NCBI RefSeq assembly: GCF_041956535.1
Contig: NW_027192212.1
Coordinates: 508,426-552,332, forward strand
Length of the DNA stretch: 43,907 bases
Source: Calcarisporiella thermophila CBS 279.70
Lineage: Eukaryota > Fungi > Calcarisporiellomycota
Reading direction: 5' to 3'
The position numbers and the translations under genes are program-made. The notes beneath the pieces were generated by a model. It was not told the DNA's origin and made no database searches. It saw only the letters and a program-made list of their open reading frames with translations. Below are positions 22,347 through 36,026 of the stretch, piece after piece. Positions within the stretch are counted from its first letter, which is position 1; the number at the start of each line of letters is the position of its first letter.

Positions 22347-24899
22347 TTAATATCCGTATTTATCATTCAGAGCCGTCTTCCCATCTCCTTTTTGCCCTTT
22401 AGGCGGTTCCCACGTCGCATCTACAACCTCCTCATCCAAAACGGACTGTGGTAGCTTCGAAAGTTCTTCGCGCTCCTGTCGTTCCCGTTCCTCATATTCC
22501 TCAAGCGATAACTTGACCCGTTTTTTTGGAGCAGGCTCTGTAGACTCCTGGGGAGGTTGGGGATACTGGGATTGGGAAGGTTTGGCTGCTGGGCGTTTCT
22601 TGTTTGTCGATATGGGCTCAGAAGGTGAAGATGAAGGAGGAGCAAGGTTTGGAGCTGGGGCAGGACCATGTTTTTCTTCGACCATAAGCTTTGTCTCTCG
22701 CGGTAATTGCTCTTCTTTGAGTTTGTTTTCCGTTGCTTGTAGGGCAGGGGCTGGTGATTTTGAAGTGCTTGACGTTAAAGCTTTTGAAATGGGTTGTTTC
22801 TCATCCCCTACTTTTGTGGCTACATGTTTATTTCCCGAGTCCTTCACCGAAGTGGCTTCTGATATGGACCCCATGGCAGGCATATTCACTGGTTTAGCAA
22901 TTTCGATCAATTTATCCAGTCTTTTTGCTTCCTATGAGTTCGAATGATTTAAATTCATCCATGAATTAGAAAGATATAAAATGTATCCTGTTTACCTTGG
23001 TTAGTCCTTGAAGTTCCCGCTGTAAAGAAAATTTGGATGCGCGGGTTTTTTCTTTGTCGAGATGCTGGAAATAGGAGTCGAGATCGTCTTCTTTGTAACT
23101 TGGTACAGTCTCTTCTGTAGTAATATGGGTAAGCATGGCTAATAGTAAGTCAATAGAATGTATTTTTACCCTCTTCTTCTATCGCTTTGATCCGAGCCTT
23201 TAGCTCTTCCATTTTTTGTGTGAGCTCTTCCCGTTTTTCTGTAAGAGTTTCAAACGTCTCCACTGTACTGGTCTTATTCTCCGCCTTCTTCGCTCTTGCT
23301 TTCTCGGCTAGATAAAATAATTCAAATTTAGCGATTGAGTAGGAATGTTAGTATGAAGTAACGAATATAAAACCTTTCTCAGTGCGATCATAAAAACTAT
23401 CGTTTTCCTCATCCTCATCCTCGTCATCCATGAGACGTTTCATCCGATTTTTTGCTTTGATAAAAGAAGAGTGAAAATTTGTTCATCATTCCATGTATTA
23501 CAATGAAAGAAATTACCTGATTCCGAAACGGTATTTCTTAATAACCCTCGACTATCCAATTTAATGCACGCGTCCAATGCAGCTGCTCTCTCAGCATCCC
23601 TAGAGCATACAGCTTAAGTCTTATTAGAAGTATACAATCTGACTTCATATCAATATACCTTTTTTTATCGCTCTGACCTGTGGCAATTATAGGTCCGTAA
23701 TGATCTTCAGTCGGTAGTTGGATTCTAATAATACACCCAAACTTAGGTATACGGGGAGAAGCATAGAGAGAAAATAAGTTGAATCAAACCTTGCAGTGTA
23801 AGTTCGTGATACACCTTGCTTTTCCTCTTCATACTCAAACTCCAAGTCATATCCCCGATTTTCCAGCCAGTGCTTCAAAGCCTTCTTCGGGTCTTTGTGA
23901 TAATAAGCATTTTCATCTACCTTCATATCTTCTGGAAGTTCTCCAAAATCAGGTTCCTCTACCGCATCCTCTTGCATTCCCCAGGTCACACCATCACTTT
24001 CTCTTACAGGCGCTTCCATTCGAGCTCGTGCAAGCATTTCTTCTCGCTCAGCAACCTCAGCAGCTTCGGCCTCGGGAGATTGAAGAATATAGAGACGTGT
24101 ACTCTCACCAAAACGAAGTTGATCCCCTACGCGAAGTCGAATATAATTACGAGGTTGAACAGGCCTTTTGTTGATATATGTCCCATGACTGCTCTGAAGA
24201 TCATACAGAAAGACCTTTCCTAAAATAAGATAGTTAACAATAAGGTTTTGGCAGCTTTAACGATGAAGAGTAAACAGTGTACCCTCTTTCGAAAACTGTA
24301 TAATGGCATGATATCGAGACACGGACTATAAGATTGAAATTATTGGTATTAATATTGAAATAGCCTGATTCAAATTGGATCTTACTGGATGCTCCATTGG
24401 TATGTCACAAATTGGTAACCTCCCGACAATAAGAAACTCCTTACTTAATAAATCAAGTTCTTCAATAACAATTCCTCCCTTGAGTATTTCGAAACTGTAA
24501 TGCGAAATGGGTTGGGCACTCCAGTCAGGCTTTACATAATCAAGAGGGGGAATGGCAGGCACCTTGTGTTGAACTGCAATTGATTCTGAAATTATTGCCA
24601 CCAAAGATTAGGTTAATAATTTACCAAGAAAATAGCAAAAGCAGCACAAGGGGGAAAAGAAAAGAGTTTAAATAGATATAATTCAAGGTATCTGGCAAAT
24701 TAGTGTGAAGACTTATATTACCTTGTTCGAAGCTGTTCTCAGCTACAATCGGAGGATTCTGTTGCGATTTCGAATCTGATTCTGAAAGATCGGAGCGTGA
24801 ATCGTGAACAAGGGAAGTAATTCTGTCTCTCTCTGCATTTGGAAGAGATGCCGGCCCCTCAGGCGCTTTTTTCTTGGGAGCTGGAACGGCGAATGTCAT
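22347..24899 (-). CDS. SLC4A1AP: Kanadaptin (SLC4A1AP)-like FHA and dsRBD-like protein, multi-exon
   Basis: FHA motifs (VGRLPICDIPMEHP|SVSRYHAIIQF, DLQSSHGTYIN, LRFGESTRLY), DPKKALKHWLE, DSFYDRT and C-terminal WEPPKGQKGDGKTALNDKYGY. Confidence 0.88.
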
Positions 24900-25003
24900 T
24901 ATTAAATTGCTGCCGATTTTGTGTGCTTAGAAACGCGAACTTGGAATTAATCAAGTATCGAGGGCGCAGCTCTGTGACGTTTGCATAAGTTTCTGAATTT
25001 CTG

Positions 25004-25013
25004 AAATTTTTCA
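25004..25013. promoter_or_regulatory. RRPE-like element (AAATTTTTCA) in the kanadaptin/RPL40 divergent promoter
   Basis: Matches the reverse complement of TGAAAAATTT, the ribosome-biogenesis RRPE motif of yeasts. Confidence 0.3.
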
Positions 25014-25084
25014 ATGAGCAAAAAATAAGTGCATCTCCGTAGGAATCTTGTTCTTTCTCTTCGCAACTGGGCCTACTTGAGAAG

Positions 25085-25305
25085 GTAAGGAAGGCATATT
25101 TTGATACAAAAAGCCTGGGGCACATTGAAAATCAGGATGGATGGAATAAAGAATAATGGATGGGGAAAGATAGCTTTGGTTAGATGGATAGTTGCAAGGG
25201 GAGTGGGAAGGGAGGAGAATCTTTACCATCCATTGTGCTTCGCGCAAAACTCTTTTTTACATTGAATTTATTTTTACTAATTCCCTCCCTTCCTCTTTTA
25301 TCCAG
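25085..25305 (+). other. 5'UTR intron of the ubiquitin-eL40 gene
   Basis: AG|GTAAGG donor at 25085, TACTAAT branch at 25275-25281, polypyrimidine tract, CAG (or tandem TAG) acceptor just upstream of the ATG. Confidence 0.75.
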
Positions 25306-25308
25306 TAG

Positions 25309-25766
<458 letters not shown>

Positions 25767-26130
25767 TTGAATCTCTCTCTTGTATTTTCCTTGGGGTTGA
25801 AAATAAACATATCTTTTATACTAATTGTTCGCAAACTTATATACTTGACTCTACATGGAACAAAGCCGTGTCAATTTCCTGCATTATTCCGGGATACATT
25901 CGAGCTCATAGAGCATAGATCAGATGTCTTTTTAACCCTCTGAACAGTTAGGGTTCCTGATTTTCCTAGCCAAGCACTTTTTAATTTTCAATTTGAAAAA
26001 ATTTTAGATGTGACCAGTTTTATCTGCTACTTAGTAGAAGCAAGCTCTCCTTTAATTCCATTCTTTTCACCTAGAGATATAGGAGTTGGATCTCCCCTCC
26101 TCTCCCACTAGGTGCATTTCCCTAAATGTC

Positions 26131-26910
26131 ATGACGACGGTCGAAACAGCAAAACAAATACCCAATACGGATACCCAAATTCAGGAGAGCAGGACTTCAT
26201 CGGAATTCGTTCCATCCATCTCGCATCCGCTAGCCCATCCACCAGATGGACTATCGCAGACGCCTATTCCAACGCGTGTATATGCTCTCTCTGAACGTTC
26301 TCTGGAAGTGTCTGAGGGAGATGCGCAGTTTATAGGCCGCATGAGTGATACTGCCTCGCTGGCTGGAGCCAGTGAAGGCACAATACCGATGCAAGAGAAG
26401 CCCGTTTTTTTTAGAACTGGAAGAAGAAGCTTTGTGCGAGTAGAAAGGGATTATTCACGCGGGGATGTAACCCAATTTTCCATCGCTTTCCCTGTTGAAC
26501 TTGCCGGACGCGTAAGAATATAAATATCTAGAATTAACCTTGGACACACATTTGATAATTCTTGTGCATTAAGCAGCTGCCAAAAGAACAGTTCGAACGT
26601 ACCATCACCATAATTAACCAAAAATTAGAAATTGCTGAACGCCCATTATTTAACTTCATCGACGCATTACTAGGCTGTATGACTGCCACATTGTCAGCTT
26701 ATCTATTTTCAACCCATTATCGGCGTGTAGGTGGGAGTTCTCCTGTTTGTTAAAGACCACCTCTGACTACCTATTTTATATTCTTAGACTGTCAGAGAAA
26801 TACGCAAATTTATTGAGACCGAAAATGACGTTCACTATCACCCACTTTGTCTCAATATAATCGACCCAACACGCACGGCCTTTTTGTTCCTTGAAATCGA
26901 AATTTACTAA
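26131..26910 (+). CDS. ERF4: Golgin subfamily A member 7 / ERF4 (Ras palmitoyltransferase accessory subunit), 3 exons
   Basis: VRVERDYSRGDVTQFSIAFPVELAGR|LPKEQFERTITIINQKLEIAE...IIDPTRTAFLFLEIEIY matches the Erf4 domain pattern. Confidence 0.85.
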
Positions 26911-27069
26911 CATGTTGATTCAGCGTATATATTTCTCCATCTTTTCTGTTCTTCTGTTTTTTTTTCTTTGCATATCCTTTATTATTCCAACATTTCGCGT
27001 ACTTGTAATAATTTGCGTTAACTCTTATATATCATTAATTTACTGATAAATACATTTTATAATTTCTAT

Positions 27070-28361
27070 TTAGAGCTTAACTTCGTGCAAAAGCTCTTTA
27101 TCCAAAACCCCCGCAATCACGTTCTCCACAGCCACTCTGCCCATTTCGTTACGCGTTTCAAGGGTCGCACTCCCAATGTGAGGCAATAGGGTGCAATTAG
27201 GTAGAGAGAGTAGAGAACTATTGGGCGGGAGTGGTTCAGGGGTGCACACGTCAAGACCAGCCGCAAAGATAATGTTTTCGCGTAGAGCGCGTTCTTATTA
27301 TAGAACGAATGAAGAAATTAGTGGTGATGATGAAGGTATTCTTTATGGCTCTTACCTAGATCGTCTTGGACCACAATTCCTCCCCTAGAGGTATTCACAA
27401 AAATCGCCTCTCGTTTCATCTTCTTGAATCGTTCATAATTGAAATACCCAGATGTTTTTTCATTTAGCGAACATGTCACGCACACTACATCGCTCTCTTT
27501 CAACAGCTCGTCTTCACTAACGTATTTGGCATCGATCGCGGCGGCCAGATCCGGTTTCGGGCGGGGACCACAATATATGATCTTTTTTATTCCAAATGCG
27601 CGCAAACGAATGCCAACAGCGTGACCAATACGACCAAGACCAAAAATACCGAGAGTTTTGCCGGTAAACTGCAAGCCAAGTAGCCAAGTTGGTGTCCAGT
27701 TGCCCCACTTTAAAGTAGTTATAATCGTATCAAATACAAGCAAAACGTAGAAAACATAGAAAAATTACCTCTCCACTGACGATTGCTTGCATGCTTTCTT
27801 TCATCCGTCTTCCGGCAGCAAGGGCAAGCATAGCTGTAATATCTGCGGTGGCATCAGTGAGCACATCCGGGGTGTACCCAAGTTTAATGTTCCGGTCGGC
27901 CAAATCTTGTAGGCAGACATGATCATAGCCTACACTCATCGTGGAGATGACTTTCAATTGAGGGCCTAATTAGCAAATCGAATATCAGTTAATATTTATG
28001 ATGGGGGAGGGTGAGAAGGGAACATTTAGCTCTACCCGCAGCATCGCAAAGTTCCTTGTCAATTTTATCGGTTAGCATGCAAAGAATGCCATCCACCCCT
28101 GTTTATGAACTAGGATTAGATTTCATCTGCAGCTAGGACGCGTTTGGAAATTGCTTGCAAGTGCAAACCTCTGACTTTTTCCAAAAGAATTTCCCTCGGA
28201 ATTCTTTTAGCATCTTTCCATTGCTCAATGTGTACATTATGCTGCTCTTCAAGTAGCTTTTGTGCTCCTGGTGGTATAATTCGGGTAACAAACACTTTCG
28301 GTTTCGAGTGGGTCATTGCTGCGCGTTTGGTAATGCTCGAGAATTGGCGAGCTAGAAACAT
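27070..28361 (-). CDS. GRHPR: Glyoxylate/hydroxypyruvate reductase (D-2-hydroxyacid dehydrogenase family), 5 exons
   Basis: PKVFVTR, LKVISTMSVGYDH, GYTPDVLTDATAD, GIFGLGRIG, FVNTSRG, AAGLDV..PEP, LPHIGSATLETR. Confidence 0.92.
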
Positions 28362-28478
28362 AAGAAGATAACGAAAATTCTTCTCCGCAAGATGTGACTT
28401 CTCAGTTACCACGAATTTTTTTTACTTTTTACCGTTCGTGCCACGTCGCAATCAGAATATATATTGGATGCAGCGGCA

Positions 28479-31400
28479 ATGAGACACACTATCCAAGAGC
28501 AAAGGTAATGACGGAGATCATACTGATGCCATTTTTCTATTATAAGGACTTCATTCTAATTTTTTTGGACGGAAAACCCCGCATTCTTTCGCCTCTGTAG
28601 GGAGAAATTCGATGTTATATTCAAAGATCCTATACTTTCGCTCTCCAGCCTTCGCGAAAAAACATTACACAATGATGTGTGCTCTAAAACGCTCCGATCC
28701 GTATGTTGGAAGGTAATATATAAATTCAATTTCGCCATTTAGTTTACTTCTCCATCATGTCTTTACCTCGCCCCTTATAGCTATTTCTATCATACTTGCC
28801 AAGCTTGGAAATAAGAGCATGGCCTCTCATTCTGAAAAATGAAAGAGAACATTATGAGTCCTTACGCAAGAAATATATCCGAATGCCAACAACTGAGAAA
28901 GCTGAAGATCTAGAGGTGAATCATCCGCTCTCTCTAAAACAGGATGTACGTAGTTGAAATATTGAATGCTTTATCACTCTTAGTCTTTAATTGTCTACCA
29001 TATTATATAATAGAATCCTTGGCAGCAATATTTTATGGACTCTGAACTACGAAAAGTTATCCGCCAAGATGTCGAACGAACGTAATTGACTTACTATTTC
29101 TTAAGCAATTGCGTATACGTTTAACATTCTTCGATATTAGCTTCCCGGAAATTGAATACTTCCGAAGCCAAGAAATACAGGACCGACTTGTCGATATACT
29201 CTTTGTTTACTGCAAGATGAACCAAGATGTTTCCTATCGACAAGGAATGCATGAGTTGTTAGCACCAATCCTTTGGGTGCTAGACACTGAGGCTGTAGAG
29301 AAGCGGATAGATATACCCCATGATGAGGAGTAAGTGTCCAAATCTATAATTTGTAAAAAAACTAAAAAGGCTCAATATTGGATGTTTTTGGATCTGTCTA
29401 TAGCGAAATAACACAGGCGTTAGAGACAACTTTGGATGCTAAATTCGCAGAGCATGATGCTTATGGATTATTTACTCAACTTATGAAATCAGCCAAAACT
29501 TGGTATGAGCATAATGATGAGGTGACGCCCAGATTACGGAAATCATCAAAGGTTATTTGATTTTTATTTTTTAAATAATTGGACATTCTGCTTATTATAA
29601 TTGTTTTTTTTTTGTGATATTTACTATGGTAGGGAGTGGACCGAAGTGATGCAATTGATGTGAGTCGCTCGATATCCGACTTTTCAAAAGCTTGTTTCGA
29701 GACTTATATTTTAAAATCAATTTTAGCCGGAAACACGCCTCACTCCTGTCTTAGCTGAAATGCATAAGATTTTCCACAAGCAGCTTAAGCGAGTTGATCC
29801 AGAACTTTACACCCACCTATGGGAATTGGGCATTGAACCCCAGCTTTACGGAATGTAAGAGCGTAATATGCTATATTCTGTATATACAAACTTATCAATT
29901 GCAATTTCCGAATATAGACGATGGCTACGGCTTCTGTTTGGGCGAGAATTCCCGTTTGAAACCTTGGTGCAGTTATGGGACGGTTTATTTGCGGAGGACC
30001 CTACGCTTCGCCTAACTAACTATATTGCCTTGATTATGTTGATGAGAATACGTGACCAATGTACCCTTCTGCAATTTCATTTATACCTACTTTATGCTAA
30101 TTCAATTTCGAAATATTAGTACTCCATTCAGATTATACAGGTTGTCTTCACCTTCTAATGCGCTACCCTCCAACCCCAGATATATCATCCTATATTGAGC
30201 AGGCGATTTTTCTACGCGATCACTTTTCACTTGAGGGAGGTGCTTCCATAATTCAACAGATTAATCTTAAAGCTGGGCGAGTAACTCGACTTCCGCAACC
30301 ACACGATGCAGCGGTAAAACTCCCCCACTCACCAAAAATCTCTTCGCGACAATCCTCTGGCCTAGAGAGTGGAGGCAGAGTTTCGGGGGCAAGAGCCGCC
30401 GGGGTGAATTTGGGTAGTGGAATTAGCGGGAGTTTGGGAGAAAACCTGCCTTCATTATCACAAGTAGTTGGGCCAAGAAATGCCACTGCTATCAATCGAG
30501 CTATCCAGTCCACTATTGCGGATATGAAAAAGAACGTCACAATGATCGGAGAGCATGTCATTCGTCCAATTATCGAGTCCCCTCCCGCGCAGCATGCTGG
30601 GGTGCGGCGAGGTGGACGAGGAAGATTAGACGAAGGGGATTTTCCACCTAATTTGGAAAATGCGCTGATACATCATGCTGCATCACAAGCGGCACTAAGC
30701 CAAACTACCAAGCTGACACAATTAAGGGAGCAGAACAAAAAGATGGGAGAGGCCATGGATCGGGGAATCCGTTTGCTTGAACAAGAGCTCTTTCCACAAA
30801 CTTCAAGTAAAGAGAATGGGAAAAGCACTGACACGAGTACCGAAAGGTCAAAACTTAATAATGAAATCGGGGTGCTTGTCGTACTTACGGGGTTAAAACA
30901 CATCCGAGATATCCTCCTTAACGACTCGATTGAATTTAATCCTCACATTATGGACATTGAAGAACCCCAGGATAAGAGCATTGAAGCGGAAAGAGTTAGT
31001 GAAGAAAGGCCGAGTGGCGAGTGGGAGGTTGTAACTGCCGAAGATAAATGTGAAGCGCTTTTGCCCACTCCAACTCTGCCAACAACAGCAGAACTTTCGA
31101 CAACAGATTTGCCTGTCGAGAAGCTGCAGAACGAGATAAGAATGGAGAAAAACAAGCCGTTAGAGATTTACTCTTCACAAGCTCATCCCGCCACCATTCC
31201 TACCACACACTCCGTGTCCACTGCAGCCTCTTCAAGTAATAGCAATGCATCCAATTTGACTACAAACTTATCCAAGTCTGCCTTACCATCCCTTGCCTCT
31301 GGTTCTAAACCTGAAACTCAACCGCATAAGTCCCCTCCAACTTCTCCTTCCCAAAAAAGAACATCTTTTTTGTTGGATGAGCTCCTCGATACAGGCGAGG

Positions 31401-31663
31401 ATCATGGTGCAAATAGCAGCCATCGCGAGTCGCTCACGCGCGGAAGATACAGTTGGATGTTGGGCGAACCGAACAATGCAAACAATTTGAATGGCAAGAG
31501 CCAAGATGTATGGAGATTGCCCTCTTCAACTAGACGACCATCGAGAAGAAACTACTCTAGCGCGTTAGGTGCAGATAATTTATCACCCAGTTCAGAGAAT
31601 AGTGAACCAAGACTTACTCAGAGTTTAATAGAAGAGAGCAAGAGCACATCTGACTCTCTTTGA
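28479..31663 (+). CDS. TBC-domain Rab GTPase-activating protein (TBC1D5-like), multi-exon
   Basis: LRSVCWK, HPLS, IRQDVERT|FPE, YRQGMHELLAP, EHDAYGLF, RWLRLLFGREF...LWDGLFA motifs; introns splice in frame. Confidence 0.9.
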
Positions 31664-32287
31664 GCAACGGGAGAGACCTGAGTCGATGATACATATATTC
31701 TCTTTTTATATTTGTAAATCACACCCATTTAATTTGTATGTTTTTTTTAGATATCTATTATTATTTTGCTTTTTTTTTTTCGTAACTATATTGTTATTTG
31801 CACTACAGTAGCCTTATTCATCCTTTACCTCTTCCTCTTTCTCTGCCTTGTTGGGTGCGAACACGTTCTACTAGAATGCTCCCTCTGTTGTTCGAATGCT
31901 ACTAATGAATAACTTTAGGGCCTTAAATCCATATCAGAGCCTTATACCAGTTTACTAAATTGATTGTTTGAACAAGGAACTTTTCGTATAAAACACCTCC
32001 AAACTTTTTTTTTCTTCACCTTTGTGAACAAGACGGATACCTTCGCACTCATCAGCATCAGAGCCCTTAAAATAATATATTCAATTTGAGCTTCCATTTC
32101 GTTTTCTATTCCAATGAAATATTGTAGAGTTTAGAGTTTGAATTAAGTTGATGCAAATGTGCTCTCGATCTATTGTATCTATTTCGGAATCAAATTATAT
32201 TACATTGATGCTGCGCCTTTTGAGCTTAATTCTTTTTGAGTCAGGTTTAGAAAATGCAATTATACTCGCAATAAATAAAATATCGAC

Positions 32288-33397
32288 ATGCCAACACGCT
32301 TCCGCCCTTGCATTGATCTTCATCAGAATCAGGTCAAACAAATTATTGGTGGAACTCTTAGTGAGTCCGATGCTACACTCAAAACCAACTTCATATCGCC
32401 ACATCCACCGGCTTACTTTGCGGAGCTGTACAGGAGAAATGAATTGAATGGAGCACACGTAATTATGCTAGGTGGGGGGAATGAGAGCGGCGCACGAGAA
32501 GCGTTGAGTGCTTGGCCTGGTAGTGATTCAACACTCAAGTTTGGCTGAATACAACTAACTATGGATCCGATGTAGGAGGACTGCAAGTCGGAGGTGGCAT
32601 TACTCTAGAAAACGCGAAGAAATGGCTCGATGCTGGTGCCGAAAAAGTAAGCCCTACTCTAGCAACAAAGACCCTGTTTTTTGTCCTAACCTTTCTATTT
32701 TTGTTGTGGAGTTTAGTTGATTGTTACGAGTTTTCTGTTTCCAGATGCAAAATTTTCACTTGAAAGATTAAGGGCAATTTCGCAGCTAGTTGGAAAAGAT
32801 AAGTTGGTGGTGGACTTGAGTTGTCGCAAACGGGATGACAAATGGATTGTTGCCATGAACAAATGGCAGACTTTGACGGATATGCAAGTGAATAAAGGTT
32901 TGGATTACTTTCGTTACTTAATTGTGGAACTCTTACTGATAACTTCTCACCCATATGTTCAGCATCTCTTGACATGTTATCAGAATATTGCAGGTATTGA
33001 TCGTGTAATCATTTTATAGTCCAACTTGCACTAACTAGTACTTTAGTGAATTTTTAATACATGCCGCTGATGTTGAAGGCCTGTGCCAGGGAATTGATCG
33101 GGAGCTTGTTCAGAGTAAAGATTGAAAGAATTCTCCTTTTGGTTCTCCGTATTAAATGGAATTTTTCAACCTCTAGGACTGGGGGAATGGGCCACCATCC
33201 CAGTCACCTATGCGGGTGGTGCCAATGCGATCGAAGATCTGGCCCTTGTCGACAAGCTTTCTGGAGGAAAAGTCGATTTGACTTTTGGAAGCGCTCTTGA
33301 TATTTTCGGTGGTACAAGTGTCAAGTTTGATGATTGTTTGGCATGGAATAAGAAGGGGTCGACAACGGATCGAGCACAAGCATTCCATCAAAAATAG
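32288..33397 (+). CDS. HIS6: ProFAR isomerase (histidine biosynthesis), 6 exons
   Basis: [78 protein letters not shown]. Confidence 0.95.
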
Positions 33398-33540
33398 AAC
33401 TTTTGCATCCAATTGCAAATCCGCGTATCTCTTTGCTTTATCACCTCATTTGAGGGAGACTATTGTCAATTTCAACCGAGGACATTTTCATGGAATTTGT
33501 TTTAAAATAAAATCAAAATTTATTTCTATATTAACACAGT

Positions 33541-35460
33541 TCATGCAGATGGATAATGTCTCAATCGATAAAGCAACACCCGTCCTTTATCATTGCCAAT
33601 TCCTAGGTATCCACTGTTGGGTGAAAACTCGAAACAATTCACATAGGAGAGCGGGGTGCCGCTTGTTGGCCAATTTGAAAAGACTGTAAGTGACGGCAGG
33701 TGTACGAGGCGGAACTGGTCCTTCCGAGCTCGCGATGCCATTCCGAGGATCTGGCCATCATGATTGAATTTCAGATCGTGGATACGTGTTGTCAGATTCA
33801 TAATGGATTTGAGGGCTTTTGGATGCGAGGAGCCGAGACTGTTTTTGTCGTATACGTTCACTATACCCGATTTTGACCTAGTAATTGAGAGAGTTAAATA
33901 TAAAAATATTTAGGGAGGGGCATTTCTCAAGGAAAGATACCCAATGGCCAAATTCCGGTCGTTGCGACTTAATGCTAAACACGAAGGCCGATAACCGCCC
34001 ATATCCCACCAACGCTGCTCGCACTTCATTGTCTTCAAATCCCATCGATACACCTCCGCCTCCTGCGACACGCTATAGAGTTCCTCTCCATCAGATCTCC
34101 AGTCTAGCCCGCTTAGGGCAGCATTCATTTTCAGATTCCCGATCCACTGCTTGGTTCGCTGACATGCCAACACCACCGTGCCGTCTCGTCCATAGAAAGC
34201 AATATATCGCCCGCAAGGAGAGAGACTGAAGCGCTCAAGCGACTTTTCTTCTCGCCCATAGAGTCCATGTGAACGTTCAACTCGACCGGCTTCGACATCA
34301 AAAATATAGAAGTATTTTCGACGGCCTGTCGCAATGATTTCGGTGCCAGAGGGAGTGAAGGCTGCCTTATGAATAGGCATATCCTTGAAATATACTGATT
34401 GAATCTTGGGATTAATTTTGCCGTCAATCTAAATCCCCCATAAAAAAATAAAGCAGATGGTTAGGATATTCCCTTTCCTTGCGTATAAGTATCATCAACT
34501 AGAGGGTCTATATTCACCTGGAAGAGTCGTAGAGTTTTATCCAAACCTGAGGTCATTAGCACCTGTCCACTCGGATGGAAGGACAAGGAAGTCACCACAG
34601 ATTGTGAGTATGCCATCTGGTTGGCATTCTTCATGCGGGTTACTTCAATTTCACCAGCAGGAAGAGTCTTGGGTTTCCGCTTGCTCAACAATCCGTGGGA
34701 TTGCTGGAAAAGTCGCACGTCCTCATCCTCTGCAGTCTCCTCGTCGCCTGAATGCTCCCGTTCTTCATCTGAATAATCGGAATTCTCGTCATTTTGCTGT
34801 TTCTTTCGTGAGAGAACAGCCCAGTTAGGCACAGGATATATTTTTGAGAATTGATGCCGTAGGCGCTGTTCATATTCGAGGCCCGAGATAACGTCCTCTT
34901 CTTCGTTTTCACGCAGCTTCCGCAATTTCTTGTCACTTGCAATGGATATCCGTAGATTTTCGTCATCGGAGTCGTGCCATGCAGGTTTACGTCCAAAGAG
35001 ATCAAGGACTGGTTTTTTGCGAGGTGGCTCATCATCGTCTTCTGCTTCAGAATCACCATATTCATCATCATTTTCTTCGTCCTCTTCGGGCTCACTCTCC
35101 CCTGATCCCGATTTGTCTTCTTCTCTGCCTTGACTGGCAATTGAAGAATCACCGCCGCCACCGGTGTCAACATAGAAAAGCTAGAAGCCATGCCAAAGAT
35201 GAGAACGTCAATTAATAATAAACAAACATGATGATATATACACTCACATTATCATCTTCTACTGTTTCCTCTTCGCTCCCTTCTGATTCCTCTTCGATAT
35301 TATTAGCATCCTCGATTTCTCGCCCCGTTTGTTCCCACACGCGCTCTATTACTTCATCGTTGTCTCCACCAAAAACCAAGGCCTCTAGCTCGAGCTCAGT
35401 ATGATCTTTTGGTTTGAAGGAGACTGTATCCTCTTCATTGCGTGTTCGTTTTCTCGACAT
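33541..35460 (-). CDS. UTP18: U3 snoRNA-associated WD40 protein Utp18, 4 exons
   Basis: ELEALVFGG, PAWHDSDDE, YEQRLRHQF, FQ|IDGKINPKIQS, LVHLPSLTVFSNWP, FSPNSGYLGIGNDKGRVLLYRLRHY. Confidence 0.93.
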
Positions 35461-36026
35461 TATCGAGACAGTATGAATTGAAAGGATTAGACTATAGCAA
35501 TTTGAATTTAGAAGAGTAAACAAGCAAATCGGTTTAGCAGTCACTTATTTGTATATCTTAATAGAGTCCGAGTATTCCAAACTATCTTCAAATTCTGACG
35601 AGACACACAGTAATAAAGCATACCAAAGTAGAGCTCAACTTAGGTATAAATCTAAATAATATGCCCTAATGATCGGATCTATTATTATTTTGAAGAAATT
35701 GCAATACTTGCTTGAGCAATAGAACCAAATTCAACTGAAATATTTAGTGTGGAATTAGATAAGTGTATTGATTGTCCACTGACTCCAACAAACTGGTTGC
35801 CTCATAAAGCAACAATATTAATGAAGTTTTTAAGGTCGGTTGTTGAAATAAGACCACCTAAATGTATTAAGGCCCTAAGCCGTGTCTGTTTATAAGCTAT
35901 TTCGTTGTAGATTAATTGGAAAATGAGATAAACCACCATAGGGGTAAGAGCACCTTTGCAAGATCTTCAAAAATATTAAGTGTATTTTATTTCTTCTTAC
36001 ATGCAATAAATTACTAATCCAGAGTT

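Noticed and set aside
30061-30119. TBC intron donor GTACCCTT resembling a U12 donor
   Set aside because: Mismatch at +4 and a standard U2-type GCTAAT branch point.
31814-32096. Minus-strand short ORF fragments and C/D-box-like words (TGATGA...CTGA) between TBC and HIS6
   Set aside because: No consistent spliced model, terminal stem or recognisable rRNA guide sequence.
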